Below, one piece after another: positions 37,721 to 50,362 of a stretch of DNA of 64,000 nt. Where the stretch lies: the NCBI GenBank assembly GCA_024679065.1, contig JAGIQG010000016.1:35712001-35776000 (forward strand). Direction: 5' to 3'. Below the pieces are notes generated by a model, which saw nothing but the letters and a program-made list of their open reading frames with translations, ran no database searches and was not told the origin of the DNA. The stretch is from Sphyrna mokarran. Taxonomy: Eukaryota. Position 1 is the first letter of the stretch; each line of letters begins with the position of its first letter. The translations under genes were made by a program, and so were the position numbers.

Positions 37721-39950
37721 GCCAAATTGCTCTCCATTAATAAAATATCCAGAAGTGAATATTGCCACGTTGAGGTTAGGATGTTTATATTGACCTTTAA
37801 CATACACAACATTTAAAAACTGGTCTTAAGTGATAGGTAAGTTCAGTAGTTAAGCATTACAAACCTTGCTCAAGAATTTAAATGACAAATAGACATTCCA
37901 TGTTGGTCAGCTAGCTTTATTTAATAAAAGAACAATTTGTTGAAGATACCTTTGGAAAACAGTCATTGTGTATTCAAAGGAAATTAAGTCATGAACCATT
38001 CCAAGGAGCCAAAAAGTACAACCTTTTGCTTTAATTTTTAAATGTGCCATGACAATTCAATAATACAGAATATTCTGTACCAACCAAATCCTACATCTGA
38101 CTCTTACTATTATCATGGGTCTCAGTTGGGGTTGTCCTTCAGGACTGATAGAGACTGCTGGAGAGAAGGCTACTGGTAAAAATTACCTTTTATTGAACAT
38201 TGTACCAAACATGTATAATAAAAGGAAGGCTTCATATAGAATTTTCTGTTAGCATACTCTGTTGTCATGTGGTCTTACGTTACTGATGAAGCATACTGTC
38301 CATTTACAATGTTTAATAAACATTGACTGTGTTCTTTATTAACGTGCAAGCATATTACAGATGCATAGGACATTACCTTTCCTGTTCTGATCATCATTGT
38401 TAACCTCACATTTAAAAAAAAACTTAATGGGTTAAATACTTTGTAATGGAAATAATTAATCGTTCACATCATGTTAGTATCACTCTCAGTGATATTTAGG
38501 CTAAGTATTCTATCCAGTGCTACATATTAGGTTGCTTGATGAAAAAAAGAGTTCAATTAACTGTATGGTTGAAGTGGTATCTCCATTGTCTCCATTTTGC
38601 TCAATGTCTCTCCTGCTATTTACTTCAGAACAAAAGGAGTTAAAGACAATTCCATATTGTTTTTCAACTGCACTTGTATAATTAATTTTTTTTCCTCTTT
38701 TACTTCAATGTCATGCAATAAGTTCTTTAAATATGTAAAAAATTGAATCCCAAAATACAGATGTCTGGAGATTTCCTCTCACAATGAATCATCTAAAAAA
38801 AAGTCTGTAATGACTATAACCGGAATTGTTTGTGAAGGAAAATCTTCGGCTCATTTTCATGCCAACAGTTTATCTTTTTTATTTATGAAACATCATTAGT
38901 GCCACAGGGAGTTTAAAAGCCTGAGAAACAATATTGCATGGAGGTAATTAGTTTTCTTTGGGAGTAAGAAAAATTAGGACAGAGCTTCATCACAGAGAAA
39001 ACTTGGATGCCAGCTTTGATCTTTTGTCATCGCAAACCTCCCAGACTGAAGGCGGGCAAAGCACCATTAACAGCACTAGGTCATTCCTTTGACATGTAGG
39101 GGAGAAATTAACAGCTGTCATCAAATGATGAGTTAACTTCATAATGGCATAATGGCACTAACAAAACAATTAGCATTCACAGGAAATAGATAATGAAAAT
39201 TCCATGCTGAGTTACGATGAGGCATCTAAATTAAAGGAAAATGGGAATAAAATGTGGATGGGTGAATTCAGAACGGGCTGCGGAATAATTTGATTGTCAG
39301 TCTTGCTGTTGATTGACTGAGTAGATCAAGTAGGGCAACACATCAAATATCCAGAATGCCAATTTAAACATGTACTTTAAAAAGGTATCACATCATCAGG
39401 CCCCATTCCAAAAATCAGACAGTGAAACCCTGGCTGAGATTAACTCCACTTACTATTTTGCTGCTTTTACCTCAGTTTGCAAGAGTGAGGCTATTAAATA
39501 TTTCCTGACCTAGTCAAGTTGGCTCAACAATTTATGACATGGGCAAAATTTGTGTGTAATGAAGGAACCTTAAGCACTACAGGGGCTAAATTGAATAGCC
39601 CACAAAAACAGCTGCAGGGATTGTGCTGCATAATTAACCCATGCCAGTTGATTGTGAAGTAGGCAGTGTGCCAACCTCCATGCTCTCAGCTGATTCCAAT
39701 GATTGCTATGCCCAGCCACTGTTAACCACACTGTTGATTGACTGGATGCACTAGCAGGTTGACCGGATGGTTGGGGTGTGTGTATATTGTGCAGGGGGGG
39801 ATTTGTGCAATATTGTGATGGGCTACTGTTGTGCAATATGTAAGGGGCAGCTTAAAGCCAGTCTGCAAATCTCAAAGCTAACTCTTAAAGGTTGCTGAAG
39901 CAGGAGTTGGCAGATATACATGAAGTGAATTTGACTGGAAACATTGAATA

Positions 39951-40597
39951 ATGGCACAACATGGTCAATAGCAGCTTCCAAGGTTTTCAGGCACTGCACT
40001 GAGGAGGAAGAAAGGGAAAATGATTGTGTCTGTAGGGAGTAAGAAGGCTCTCTGGATATATGCTCATAAGGCATATATCTTTGAGTAGATAGCTGAGGAA
40101 GTCAATGCCAAGAAGTTAGCTCTGAGGACCTAATTGCAGTGCAGCAAAAAATTCAATTGCCTCACATGAATAGCCAGGGTAAGTGAACTTCAAATTCCAA
40201 GCTCTTCCAATCAACAAGATTAGATGTTATTTATTTTACCACCTCCTTTTCACTCATCTACCAACAATCTTGATCAATCAGGACTCATACCTAGCAATCG
40301 TGTCTTACAAACCTCTTACACATCCTTGCTAAACTGATACACCCGTATCTCACAGCGAGAAAGCATCATCAGCTATTCAATACTAGTAACCCAAATGGCC
40401 CAAGTGAGATTCATCAACATTCTTCCCTCTCTCTTGCAGCTTCAGGTGATATTGATTACTGGTGATAGGAGTTAACCAGAGCAGGATAAATAGGGTCGCG
40501 CATTTTAACTCCTACTGGAGGATACAGTGCTTACAATTGTTGGGATCAATATTACTTAGCCGGTGACCCACAGCAGGGCTAAAACCTGTGAAGATAA
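39951..40597 (+). pseudogene. Decayed two-exon Harbinger Myb/SANT-like gene
   Basis: MAQHGQ*QLPRFSGTAL...E*IAEEVNAKKLALRT*LQCSKKFNCLT*IAR, then donor gtaagt (40179), polypyrimidine acceptor ctctcttgcag (40439) and exon 2 ...LEDTVLTIVG. Confidence 0.8.
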
Positions 40598-41194
40598 GAA
40601 CACAAGTAGGGGCAGGGGTCGACCATTTAGCTCTGAACCTGCTTCGTTCATCAGGAGGATCATGACTGGTCTTCTGCTTCAGCTCCACTCCCCTGTTTGT
40701 TCATGATTCAATGAAAGATCAAAGTCTAACAATCGCATTCTTCAGTACATTCAGTGAGAAGCAAGTTCCAAAAGCATCTGAGTGAAGAAATCTTTCCTTA
40801 TTTCAGTCCTAGATGTGGAATCCTTATCCTGAAATGGCAATGTCTGTACATTCCGAATCCTCCTTTCACATCCCCGCCCATCTCTCAGCCAACATTCTCT
40901 CCTGCTTTACAAGCTGGAAATGATTTAGGTGACCCTTATTGTCTCCCCACCCTGCATCCTAGGATCTTAAAAGCAGTAGAGACAGAGCTTGTAGAGACAT
41001 TGGTTACAACCTTCCCAAATTCCTTAGAATCTGGAAGGCTCCCATCAGACTGGGGGAAAAAAAAGCTAATGTAACATCTCCGCTAGGGGCCTAGAAGGAT
41101 CCAGTCACATAAAAATTAGAGCATTCATCAATTTTACAGCCACGGAGAGTGGGAAATCTGTCCCACCCACCCCTCCCTCCCCCCCGCCCTCCTA

Positions 41195-42351
41195 TAGCTG
41201 TAGTTCCAAATCCTGCAACAAGTTGCACAGATGTTGCACTGTCTCCTTTCAGAGGTAGAGACATCAGTGGCACACAGTGTCCAACATCTGTTTATATGAC
41301 AGTTCAGTGCACAGAACTGCTGGAGTCTCTGCTTCCTCCTTCCCCTGCACCCGTACCCTCCCCCCCCCCAAGCAATTGCAGCCATTTCCTGCCTCTGGTT
41401 GTTGCCTATCTCTACTCCTGCAACTGGTAAAGCCTGGGCCTTCTGTACCCACAATTCTTCCTCCTACTCCTCCTCCCAGCTCCAGTAGCAACAAAAAGAA
41501 CAGCAAGACTGATTGGTTATACTGTAAAAGCCACCTCGTCATTCTGAAAGGTGCAGGTGGGGGGTTGGAGGTGGAGAAGAACACATGTAGAGGTTAAGGA
41601 ACGCTGCTCGCTCCTAGTCCATCAACAATAACTGTCCATACTGCCTATTTTCCTAGTCACATGCTCCCCAAAAATCACAGCTCCCCCCACAATTCCCCCA
41701 GCCATAGCTCTCCCAATTCCCCCAGTCACATGCTCCCCACAATCAAAGCTCCTTGCAAAGTTGAGAGGTTACAGCAGTGCAATTTGCAAGGGCTTTGTGC
41801 ACATCCTTCAGCTGGAAGAGTGTTGAGTGCACCAGGACCCAGGAGCATCACACCACCAGAGGTCAATGCTGAGACCTGCATCCATGCTGCAAATCGGGCA
41901 TTGGAAATCCTGAAGAGCAACAGCCCCTACCCCCCACACACTCACAGAGCCGCTACTCACCTGAGAAAGAAAATAGCAGCAATGAAAGGACACCATTAAG
42001 CAGCAGAGAGCATTCAGATGCTACACACTTACTTCCTCATTGATGGAGAACCCAAATCTGACATTTGTGGAGTATGCCTGTTTCACGCCGATTCCAGATT
42101 GATGAATACAGTGGTCACGGAGGAAGTGCTGGGAAGTTGATGTGCACTTATTAAGTCAATTGAAATGCATGTGAGTGCATTTAAATGGCCATTGTGCCCG
42201 TGTCAGATGCGGTCCTGATCATGTCCATTTTCAGGCCTTGGTAAAGGGAGAACCAGCGCAGAGGCAGGCACGGATCGCACTACTTGCCTCACAGCCAACT
42301 TTATCAACTCTGTGCCAAAGACGAAAGCAACTTGTTGGTAAAATCGGGCCC
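41195..42351 (-). mobile_element. Harbinger element end with decayed nuclease 5' region
   Basis: Minus strand ~41200-41310 LSYKQMLDTVCH*CLYL*KETVQHLCNLLQDLE resembles the HARBI1-like N-terminal region; terminus gggcccgattttacc at 42351. Confidence 0.65.
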
Positions 42352-43645
42352 TTCATGTTAGGGGATTAGGAGGGTAAATATATGGGTTTACAGGGATAGG
42401 GATTGTTGTTGGTGCAGGCTTAATTGGCCTAATGGCCTTCATCTGCAACGTAGATTCTATGATCATAGTTTATTGTCACAATCAACATCACATCAGCGCA
42501 ATGTAGTCCTTCCCCACCTCTGCCATAGGTTTGCCAACTTGATTAAATATATTCCTGGAGATTTACTGACATGATTTGCCCGCATGTTCCAGCCATTATT
42601 CAACCAACACATCTACCCTTGTGATGTGCTCTCTTCCTCTTCCAATTGGAAAGCAAAAAGATTCATTATCGAATTTAATGATACTTGATTGTCAGCCAAA
42701 CATCATTTTCCCCTCTACTTACAATAGTTTTATGTCTGTTGAACAGAAATTTTCAAGAAAATGGCAAAGCAAAAAAGATCAATCTTCAGTTCCTGAAAAC
42801 TCCAGGCCAAACATGAAACATTGGTCACCTTACTCTGAAGTCACAGTAATGGATACCTATTTCAGTCAGGGCATTCTTTCTGAAGTACAGACACTGTTCC
42901 TCTCTGCTGGTCGGGTGGATGAATTCATAGAATCCACAAGATCCCTACAATGCTGAAGGAGGCCATTCAGCCCATCAAGTCTGTACCTATGGCTATCACA
43001 TCAGGCCCTATTCCTCTTATCCCTGATATTTATCCTGGTAATCCCCCCGGCACTAGGGTTAATTTCAGTATGGCCAATCAAACTAATCTGCAGGGTGAGC
43101 ATGGCTTCTCACTGACAGCCAACCTCCACGCACATATGTCTCCCCCTTATCTTCACCCTGCACAGCCCCCATCCTCTTCCTTCTTTCACAAGCTGTGCTC
43201 TGTTCATTCTCCAATTCGTTCTGTATCCTAAAGGGAATGGCTACTAGTTGAACCATGCCTGGAAGCTGGTTCTGGTTGCAAAAGCCTTGAAGCCAGGAAA
43301 AGCTCCGTCAACACCTGTCAGATTCAAGGACTTTAAACAAGTACAGATCACACCAAACATTTGTCGAATTAAAGTAACAGCCAGAGGAAACCAACCAGCA
43401 ACTGATCAGCAACTGTTCACCCCATTGCACAGTGTTAGGCGTGGTGCTTCTTGCTGCTGAACCAGAGCCAGCCATGCATGATCAAAACATGACACTAGCT
43501 GGAACACTAAGCTTTCAAATGGCAGGTGCCAAATCCGCAGTGCACACTGGCTGACCTCATAATCTGCCAGTTTTGTGCTGCTGAATGTATGTTCAGCTGT
43601 GTGAGGTTAAGGGAGAGTATTATACCTACAGCACACTGAGTCCAC

Positions 43646-43883
43646 TGTAGAAGTATTGGGTTCCAATAACTGGCAACCAGAGTTTAACAACAATATATAT
43701 TTATTATAGTAACTGAGCTGCATGTAACTAGCATTCTGCATCTCTGCCCACACTCTGGGAGAACTCCTGATACATGTCCCCTTTTATATCCGTGTCATCC
43801 CAGCGTCCATGGAGCCACCCCGTCTACAGTCATCTTTATGGCATACAGTGTAACTCGCCCAAAAAGTATATACATGTACTGCA
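43646..43883 (-). mobile_element. Possible solo LTR
   Basis: tgtag...ctgca ends; TATAAAA then AATAAA in LTR order on the minus strand; no TSD. Confidence 0.45.
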
Positions 43884-44043
43884 GATAGTAATTTGGACGT
43901 CAAAGGTAGTTCTTTTTTAAAATGAACACTAAGAGCCCAATTTCTCAAACAACATAGTTACAAAACACCCGATGAAACATGGTCATTTTATAAAGGATTC
44001 TACAGTCAGAAATAGGGCAAAGGGCTGCTCAACAATTTTCAAT

Positions 44044-44835
44044 GGGTGCGATTCTCCCAAAAGAATTCTAAGTGTTGAAGTCACATAAAAATTGGAGTAA
44101 ATCCAGCTGATTTATTTTCAGGTGGATTTTCAAAATTAATTTCCCATACTCTGTGCACTGCAGAGTGCACTAGAGTGAAACTCACGAAAAATCTGGGATG
44201 GGGCCTTTTCCCACTGGAGAGGCCAGCAGCATAGCATTGAGCAGACCACTGCACATGCGCCAATCAGCCCACTTCCAAGTCGCCGCCACCCATCCCAAAC
44301 CTCACCCCACCCCCCGCAGTTCCAATCTCCCAATTTCATGCCCTCCCCACCCTGATAGCCAGCCCCAATCACTGGCATCCATCCCTCTGTCACTGCCAAG
44401 TGCAAAGTGACAGCAGGACCTCACCCCCATCGATTGCCCCCTCAGAGGCCCTGTCCCCCCCCATTCTGACACTGCCCACTTGGCACTACCCGATGCACGG
44501 TGGGCAGTGCCAAGTTGTCCCCTTGAGCATCACCACTTTGCCTCTTGGGAATTTCCAGGGGGCCAGACTGGCACTGCTAAGCTGGCAAAGCCAATATCCC
44601 CCCTCCATATGCTTGATTTCCCTTCACTCCAGAGAAGCCGTCAGTTCCTCACAAATGGGGCGTTATTGATAATCCCACTGGAGCGAAACATTCTTGAAAT
44701 GGGGGAAGTGCTAGTGGGCCCTGGAACTTCAGTCCCTGCCCTGCTAATTATGTGCAAATTATGATTTCTGGAATGGAGCTGACAGGGGTCAAAAATCTGA
44801 CAGCTGGAGGCCATAACGCTGAGCTGGAATCCCAC
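44044..44835. mobile_element. ~790-bp non-autonomous DNA transposon (Harbinger-type ends)
   Basis: GC-rich block with ends gggtgcgattctcc / ggaatcccac and internal (gg)cactgcc(a) repeats in both orientations. Confidence 0.55.
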
Positions 44836-45075
44836 AAAACAGCCTTCTCTTGAGTCTTGTATGGAATGGGGGAATGGTTTTGTCCCATCAGATGCTGTCG
44901 GAATAGAAAGGCCAATTGCCTTTGCTTCAAGAACGTTATCAGAGGTGGAAAAAAAAGTATTCCCTAACAGATAAAGGAAGTTTGGCAATAACATATGCGG
45001 TGAAGAAGGTTCATCAATATCTACATGGTCGACATTTCACAATAGGAAAAAGTCACAAACGGTGTTAGGATTATT

Positions 45076-47850
45076 AGAACATAGAACATAGAACAATACA
45101 GCACAGAACAGGCCCTTCGGCCTTCGATGTTGTGCCGACCAAAATAAAAAGCAATGCCCCTCCTAACTAAACCATTCCCTTCTCTTCCATATACTTATCA
45201 ACTAACCTCTTAAACGCCACCAAACTTGGCGCATCTACAACAGCTGCAGGCAGGGCATTCCACTCCCTAATCACTCTTTGAGTAAAGAACCTACCTCTGA
45301 TATCCGTCCTATAACTCATACCCCTTAATTTAAAGCTGTGTCCCCTCGTGCTAGCTTTCTCCATCCTAGGAAAAAGGCTATCACTGTCCACCCTATCTAA
45401 ACCTCTAATCATCTTATATGTTTCAATAAGATCCCCTCTTAGCCGCCTCCTTTCAACGAAAACAACCTCAAATCCTTCAACCTCTCTTCATAGGACCTGC
45501 CCTCCATACCAGGCAACATCCTGGTAAACCTCCTCTGTACCCTCTCCAATGCCTCCACATCTTTCTTATAATGTGGCGACCAGAACTGCACACAATACTC
45601 CAAGTGCGGCCGCACTAGAGTTTTGTACAGTTGCAACATGATGCTGCGGCTCCTAAATTCAATCCCCCTACCAATAAAAGCTAAGACTCCATAAGCCTTC
45701 TTAACAACTTTATCCACTTGACTGCCTACTTTCAGGGATCTATTGACACATACACCAAGATCCTTCTGTTCCTCAACACTTTTAAGAGCCCTACCATTAG
45801 CCCTATACTCTACACATTTATTGTTCCTGCCAAAGTGCATTACCTCACACTTTTCCACATTAAACTCCATTTGCCACCTCTCGGCCCAGCTCTGCAACTT
45901 GTCCAAGTCACTCTGTAAACTAAAACACCCCTCTTCACTATCTACCACACCACCAACTTTAGTATCATCTGCAAATTTACTGATCCATCCCTCAATACCC
46001 TCATCCAGATCATTTATAAAAATTACAAACAGCAGGGGCCCCAAAACAGACCCCTGAGGCACACCACTCGTCACCGAACTCCACGATGAATATCTCCCAT
46101 CAACCACCACCCTCTGTCTTCTATCTGCCAGCCAATTTCTAATCCAATTAGCTAAATCACCCTCTATTCCACACATCTGCATTTTCTGTAGAAGTCTTCC
46201 ATGGGCCACCTTATCAAACGCCTTACTAAAGTCCATATATACTACATCAACCGCCTTACCCCCATCCACCTCTTTGGTCACTTTCTCAAAAAACTCAATG
46301 AGGTTAGTAAGGCATGACCTACCCTTCACGAAACCATGCTGACTATCCCCAATCAATTCATTTCTCTCTAAATAACTATAAATCCTATCCCTAATAATTC
46401 TCTCCAATACCTTGCCCACCACAGAAGTAAGACTCACTGGCCTATAATTCCCAGGAAGGTCTCTCTTCCCCTTCTTAAACAATGGGACCACATTCGCCAT
46501 CCTCCAGTCCTCCGGAACCACACCCGTAACCAACGAGGACCTGAAGATCAGAGCCAGAGGCTCTGCAATCTCCTCTCTTGCCTCCCAGAGAATCCTAGGG
46601 TAAATCCCGTCCGGCCCAGGGGACTTATCCAACTTCAAACCCTCGAGAATTTCTAACACATCCTCCCTATCTACTACAATACTCCCCAATTTGCAACCCT
46701 GTACCTCAGTGCTCTCCACAGCTACATTTCCAGCACTCTGCGTGAATACCGAAGAGAAATATTTATTCAGTGCCTCACCAATCTCTTCAGGCTCCACGCA
46801 CAACTTCCCACTGCTGTCTATGACTGGCCCTAATCTTGCCCTAACCAATCTTCTATTCTTAACATATCGAAAGAAAGCTTTAGGATTCTCCTTAATCCTA
46901 TCAGCCAACATCTTCTCGTGTCCCCTCTTAGCTCTCCTCAATTCACTTTTTACCTCCTTCCTAGCTAATCTATAGCTATCCATTGCACTACCTGAGCCTT
47001 CAAGCCTCATCCTGACATAAGCCTCCTTTTTCTTCTTAACCAGCAAATCAACTCTTTTCGTACACCAAGGCTCTCTTACTCGTCCATTTCCTCCCTGCCT
47101 GACAGGGACATACTTATCAAGGACTCGCAGCAGCTGCTCCTTGAATAAGCACCACATTCCAGATGTTCCCAGTCCCTGTAGTTCCCTAGTCCAATCTATG
47201 CACCCTAATTCTCTCCTGATGGCCTCATAATTACCCTTCCCCCAGCTATAACTACAGCCCCCAGCTTCATGCCTATCCCTGTCCATCACTAAGGTGAACG
47301 TAACCGAATTGTGGTCACTATCACCAAAATGTTCACTAACTTCCAAGCCTAACACCTGGTCTGGCTCATTGCCCAGCACCAAATCCAATGTAGCCTCACC
47401 TCTAGTTGGCCTATCTACATACTGAGTCAAAAAACCTTCCTGCACACTCTGTACGAAAACTGACCCCTCTAACGAGCTAGAGCTATAGCTATTCCAATCA
47501 ATATTAGCAAAGTTAAAGTCCCCCATCACAATTACCCTACTACTTTCACTCCTAATCAGAATTGACTTCGCAATCCTTTCCTCAACCTCTCTAGAACTAT
47601 TAGGAGGTCTGTAAAAGACTCCCAACAGGGTGACCTCTCCTCTCCTGTTTCTAATCTCAGCCCATACTACCTCAACAGACAAGTCCTCATCAAACTTCTT
47701 TTCTATCACCGTGATACAGTCTTTGACCAATAACGCCACTCCTCCCCCCCTTCTACCTCCTTCTCTACTCCGACTAAAGCATTTGTACCCCGGAACCTGC
47801 AACATCCATTCCTGTCCCTGCTCTACCCAAGTCTCTGAAATGGCCAAGAC
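45076..47850 (-). mobile_element. Young CR1 LINE with nearly complete ORF2 (APE endonuclease and RT)
   Basis: 815-aa ORF with AISETW, GGGVALLVK, MGDFN, SDHN, QHGF, KFADDTK; C-terminus continues in ORF 45167-45412; 3' UTR ending (ttctatg)n. Confidence 0.98.
45167..47850 (-). pseudogene. CR1 ORF2, lacking only its extreme N-terminus, one frameshift at ~45455
   Basis: LFSL-KGGG* becomes LFSLERRRLRGDLIETYKMIRG if one G is restored. Confidence 0.9.
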
Positions 47851-50232
47851 CATTGGTATTCTGAGAGGATAAGCCAGTGCCACCAATTACAAAGGTACAG
47901 AGATGGGCTCTATTTTTAGCAGCATACAGTTATACTTTACAGCAAAGCTCAGGGACACAAACATCAAGGGCAGATGCACTCAGCTGTTTCCCTTTACTGC
48001 AGATAGTATCATCACTACTCGTCCCAAAAGAGATTCTGCTGGTGCTGCACCTGATAGAGCTTTTGCCAGTCTCAGCCAAACACATAAATGTGACTGAACA
48101 AGATCCAGTGTTATCAAGAGCTAAGATGGTGATGATAGGATGGTGATATGATAAGTCAGAGCTGCTTAAACTTCACCAGCAGAGAAAAATTGAGATAAAA
48201 TGCAAGGATGGTGTGTTATTGTGGAGATCTCGTATTCTCATGCCACCACAAGGAAGATGATTTTTATTACAGGAATAGCATGATGCACATCCAGGGCAAA
48301 GCAGGATGAATGCATTTACCCAAAGTTATGTTTGATGGCTGGGCATCAATAAAGGAATTGAAAGAATGGTCAGCCAATGCCCTAATTGTGAAGGCCAGCA
48401 GACACTACCACCACTGGCAAGTATACATCCTTGGAGTGGCCAGATAGGCCATGTGCAAGAATACATATGGATTATGCAGAGCCATTCATAGGACGGATGT
48501 TTGTCATATTAGTGGATTGGTTGGATGCCTTGTAAATGAAGTCCACACTGGCCACTGCCACTATTGACAAATTAAGGCACATTTTTGCCACATAGCATCC
48601 CGAGGTCTTGGTATCAGAAAATAGCACAGCATTTACAAGCGGAAGAGTTTTAAAATTTGTCAAATCAATAGTATTTGCCATGTTAGGTCAACACCTTACC
48701 ATCCAGCTTCTAATGGATTAACAGAACACTCAGTACAAATGTTCACATCATCAATGAAAAAGGACAGGTTAATAGTCTACTACTACATATAGCAGTTTCT
48801 TGTTTTCATACAATACCATGCTAAATGTGACCACGCCAGGGGTCACACCAATCATGCTAATAGTACTATGCCATTTATGGACACGGTTTCCAGATTTGAT
48901 AGGGAGAGGCTAGATAAGCCTTCTGGAAAGAAAACCATAACTCAATAACAGAAGACAAAGTTTTCCAAGTTGATGATTTAGTTCCAGTCAGAAACTTTGC
49001 TGCAGATCAATAGTGGTGGCTGAAAAAAAATTGTGAAAGACTAGGACCAGTCTAAGTTGTAGAGAATACAAGGCGGATGCATCAAAAAATATGTAGACCA
49101 CCTGAGAAAGAGAGCTGGGTCTGATACAGGGGATCAACAGGCAACCTCTGCAGGAGACTTGTGTTCACCAATGATGGCTACAGGAATCCCAGTTATAAAT
49201 GTGGAACTGGAGCAAGCAACAGTTTCTGAAACTGAGGAGACAGCAGTTACACAGGAGGATCTCAACTCCGGATTGATAAGTTTACACTTCACACTCATCA
49301 TTCCCTGAAGTAAATAACACAGCATTGAGCTGTTCCATCAGAGTCCAGAAGTTCCCAGACCGACTGAACTTATGATAGGTTTTCCTTGGATCTTCCTGAT
49401 GTCTGTTGTAGCCTGCATGCCTATGCTAATGATGTCTCTTTTACTTCATCCACAGGTGAACTCAGAAATAAGGGAAAGTGAGGGGAGATGGTAAAAAGTG
49501 TCGTAGCGTGACCCCTTTAAGGGGGTAATACTCAAAGGCCATGTGATTGGGCTGGACCTTTTGGAGTGGCAGCACCAGAAAACAAGACAATCAGGCGCAA
49601 AGACGCCCATCTTGTGTTAGGGACGATCCTGAGTTTGAGTCAGGAAGGATTGGAGTGTACTCGTGTGTTCAGTTCTGTCAAACCCTTGTTTGTATATCTC
49701 TGTTTATCTTCATAAGTGAATCATTTATAACTTTAAGCCACAACAAATTGCCTTTGAAGTGATTACAGTCTTGTAAAGATGTGGTAAGAACACAATGGGC
49801 CGAATGGCCTCTTCTTCCTATATTTCTATTCTAGCCCATATGTAGCTGGGGGAGTCTGTTATCACGAAGTTGGCATATGAGGATGCATCCCTATAACACT
49901 TAATTGTAAAAGAAAGTATTTTGATTCCACACAACCTCAAACATAAGAAATTGAAAACAGTCCTTAGCATTCTAAATTTACAAGAATATATACGCATTGT
50001 GCAGAACTTGGACAGATAAAACAATACAAGAGATAGTCCAGCATTCAGAATGAGTGAACTTGTCAGGGGAGAAAATAACCCAAATCATGTGATTATAAAA
50101 ATGTTAATTAACCTTGTCTCAAGTGCATACTCGAGACATAAACACAAAATGAACCACTCTCACATTTTAGTTACCAACATCTTGGTAAAAAGTTGATCCA
50201 GACACTCAGCTAATGAAACATTTCTGATAAAG

Positions 50233-50362
50233 AGGCCAGAATTCACAATCCCGCCCGCCTTAGGAATCAGAGTGAGTGGGAGGCGGACAATAGGAAGGTC
50301 CTTTGACTTCAAATGGGATTTTATTGTTTTGGGATGAGAGCGAGGCTGTAAAATCCCATCCA
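50233..50362. mobile_element. Short MITE-like element
   Basis: ggccagaattcacaatcccgcccgcc...ggctgtaaaatcccatcc; similar to 55766-55875 and 61631-61767. Confidence 0.6.

Larger units (their letters stand above)
44845..49794 (+). mobile_element. Decayed Gypsy LTR retrotransposon, 3' half (RNase H, integrase, PPT, 3' LTR), split by a CR1
   Basis: IERPIAFASRTLS...AVKKVHQYLHGRHFTI (44900-45050); QRWALFLAAYSY...RADALS; HDAHPG...CPNC (HHCC); HPWEWPDRP, TPYHPASNGL; end FPDRLNL*; PPT agggaaagtgaggggaga 49471-49488; LTR TG..CA 49489-~49794. Confidence 0.9.

Noticed and set aside
45718-47872. Several plus-strand ORFs of 66-104 aa
   Set aside because: Antisense shadows of the CR1 ORF2
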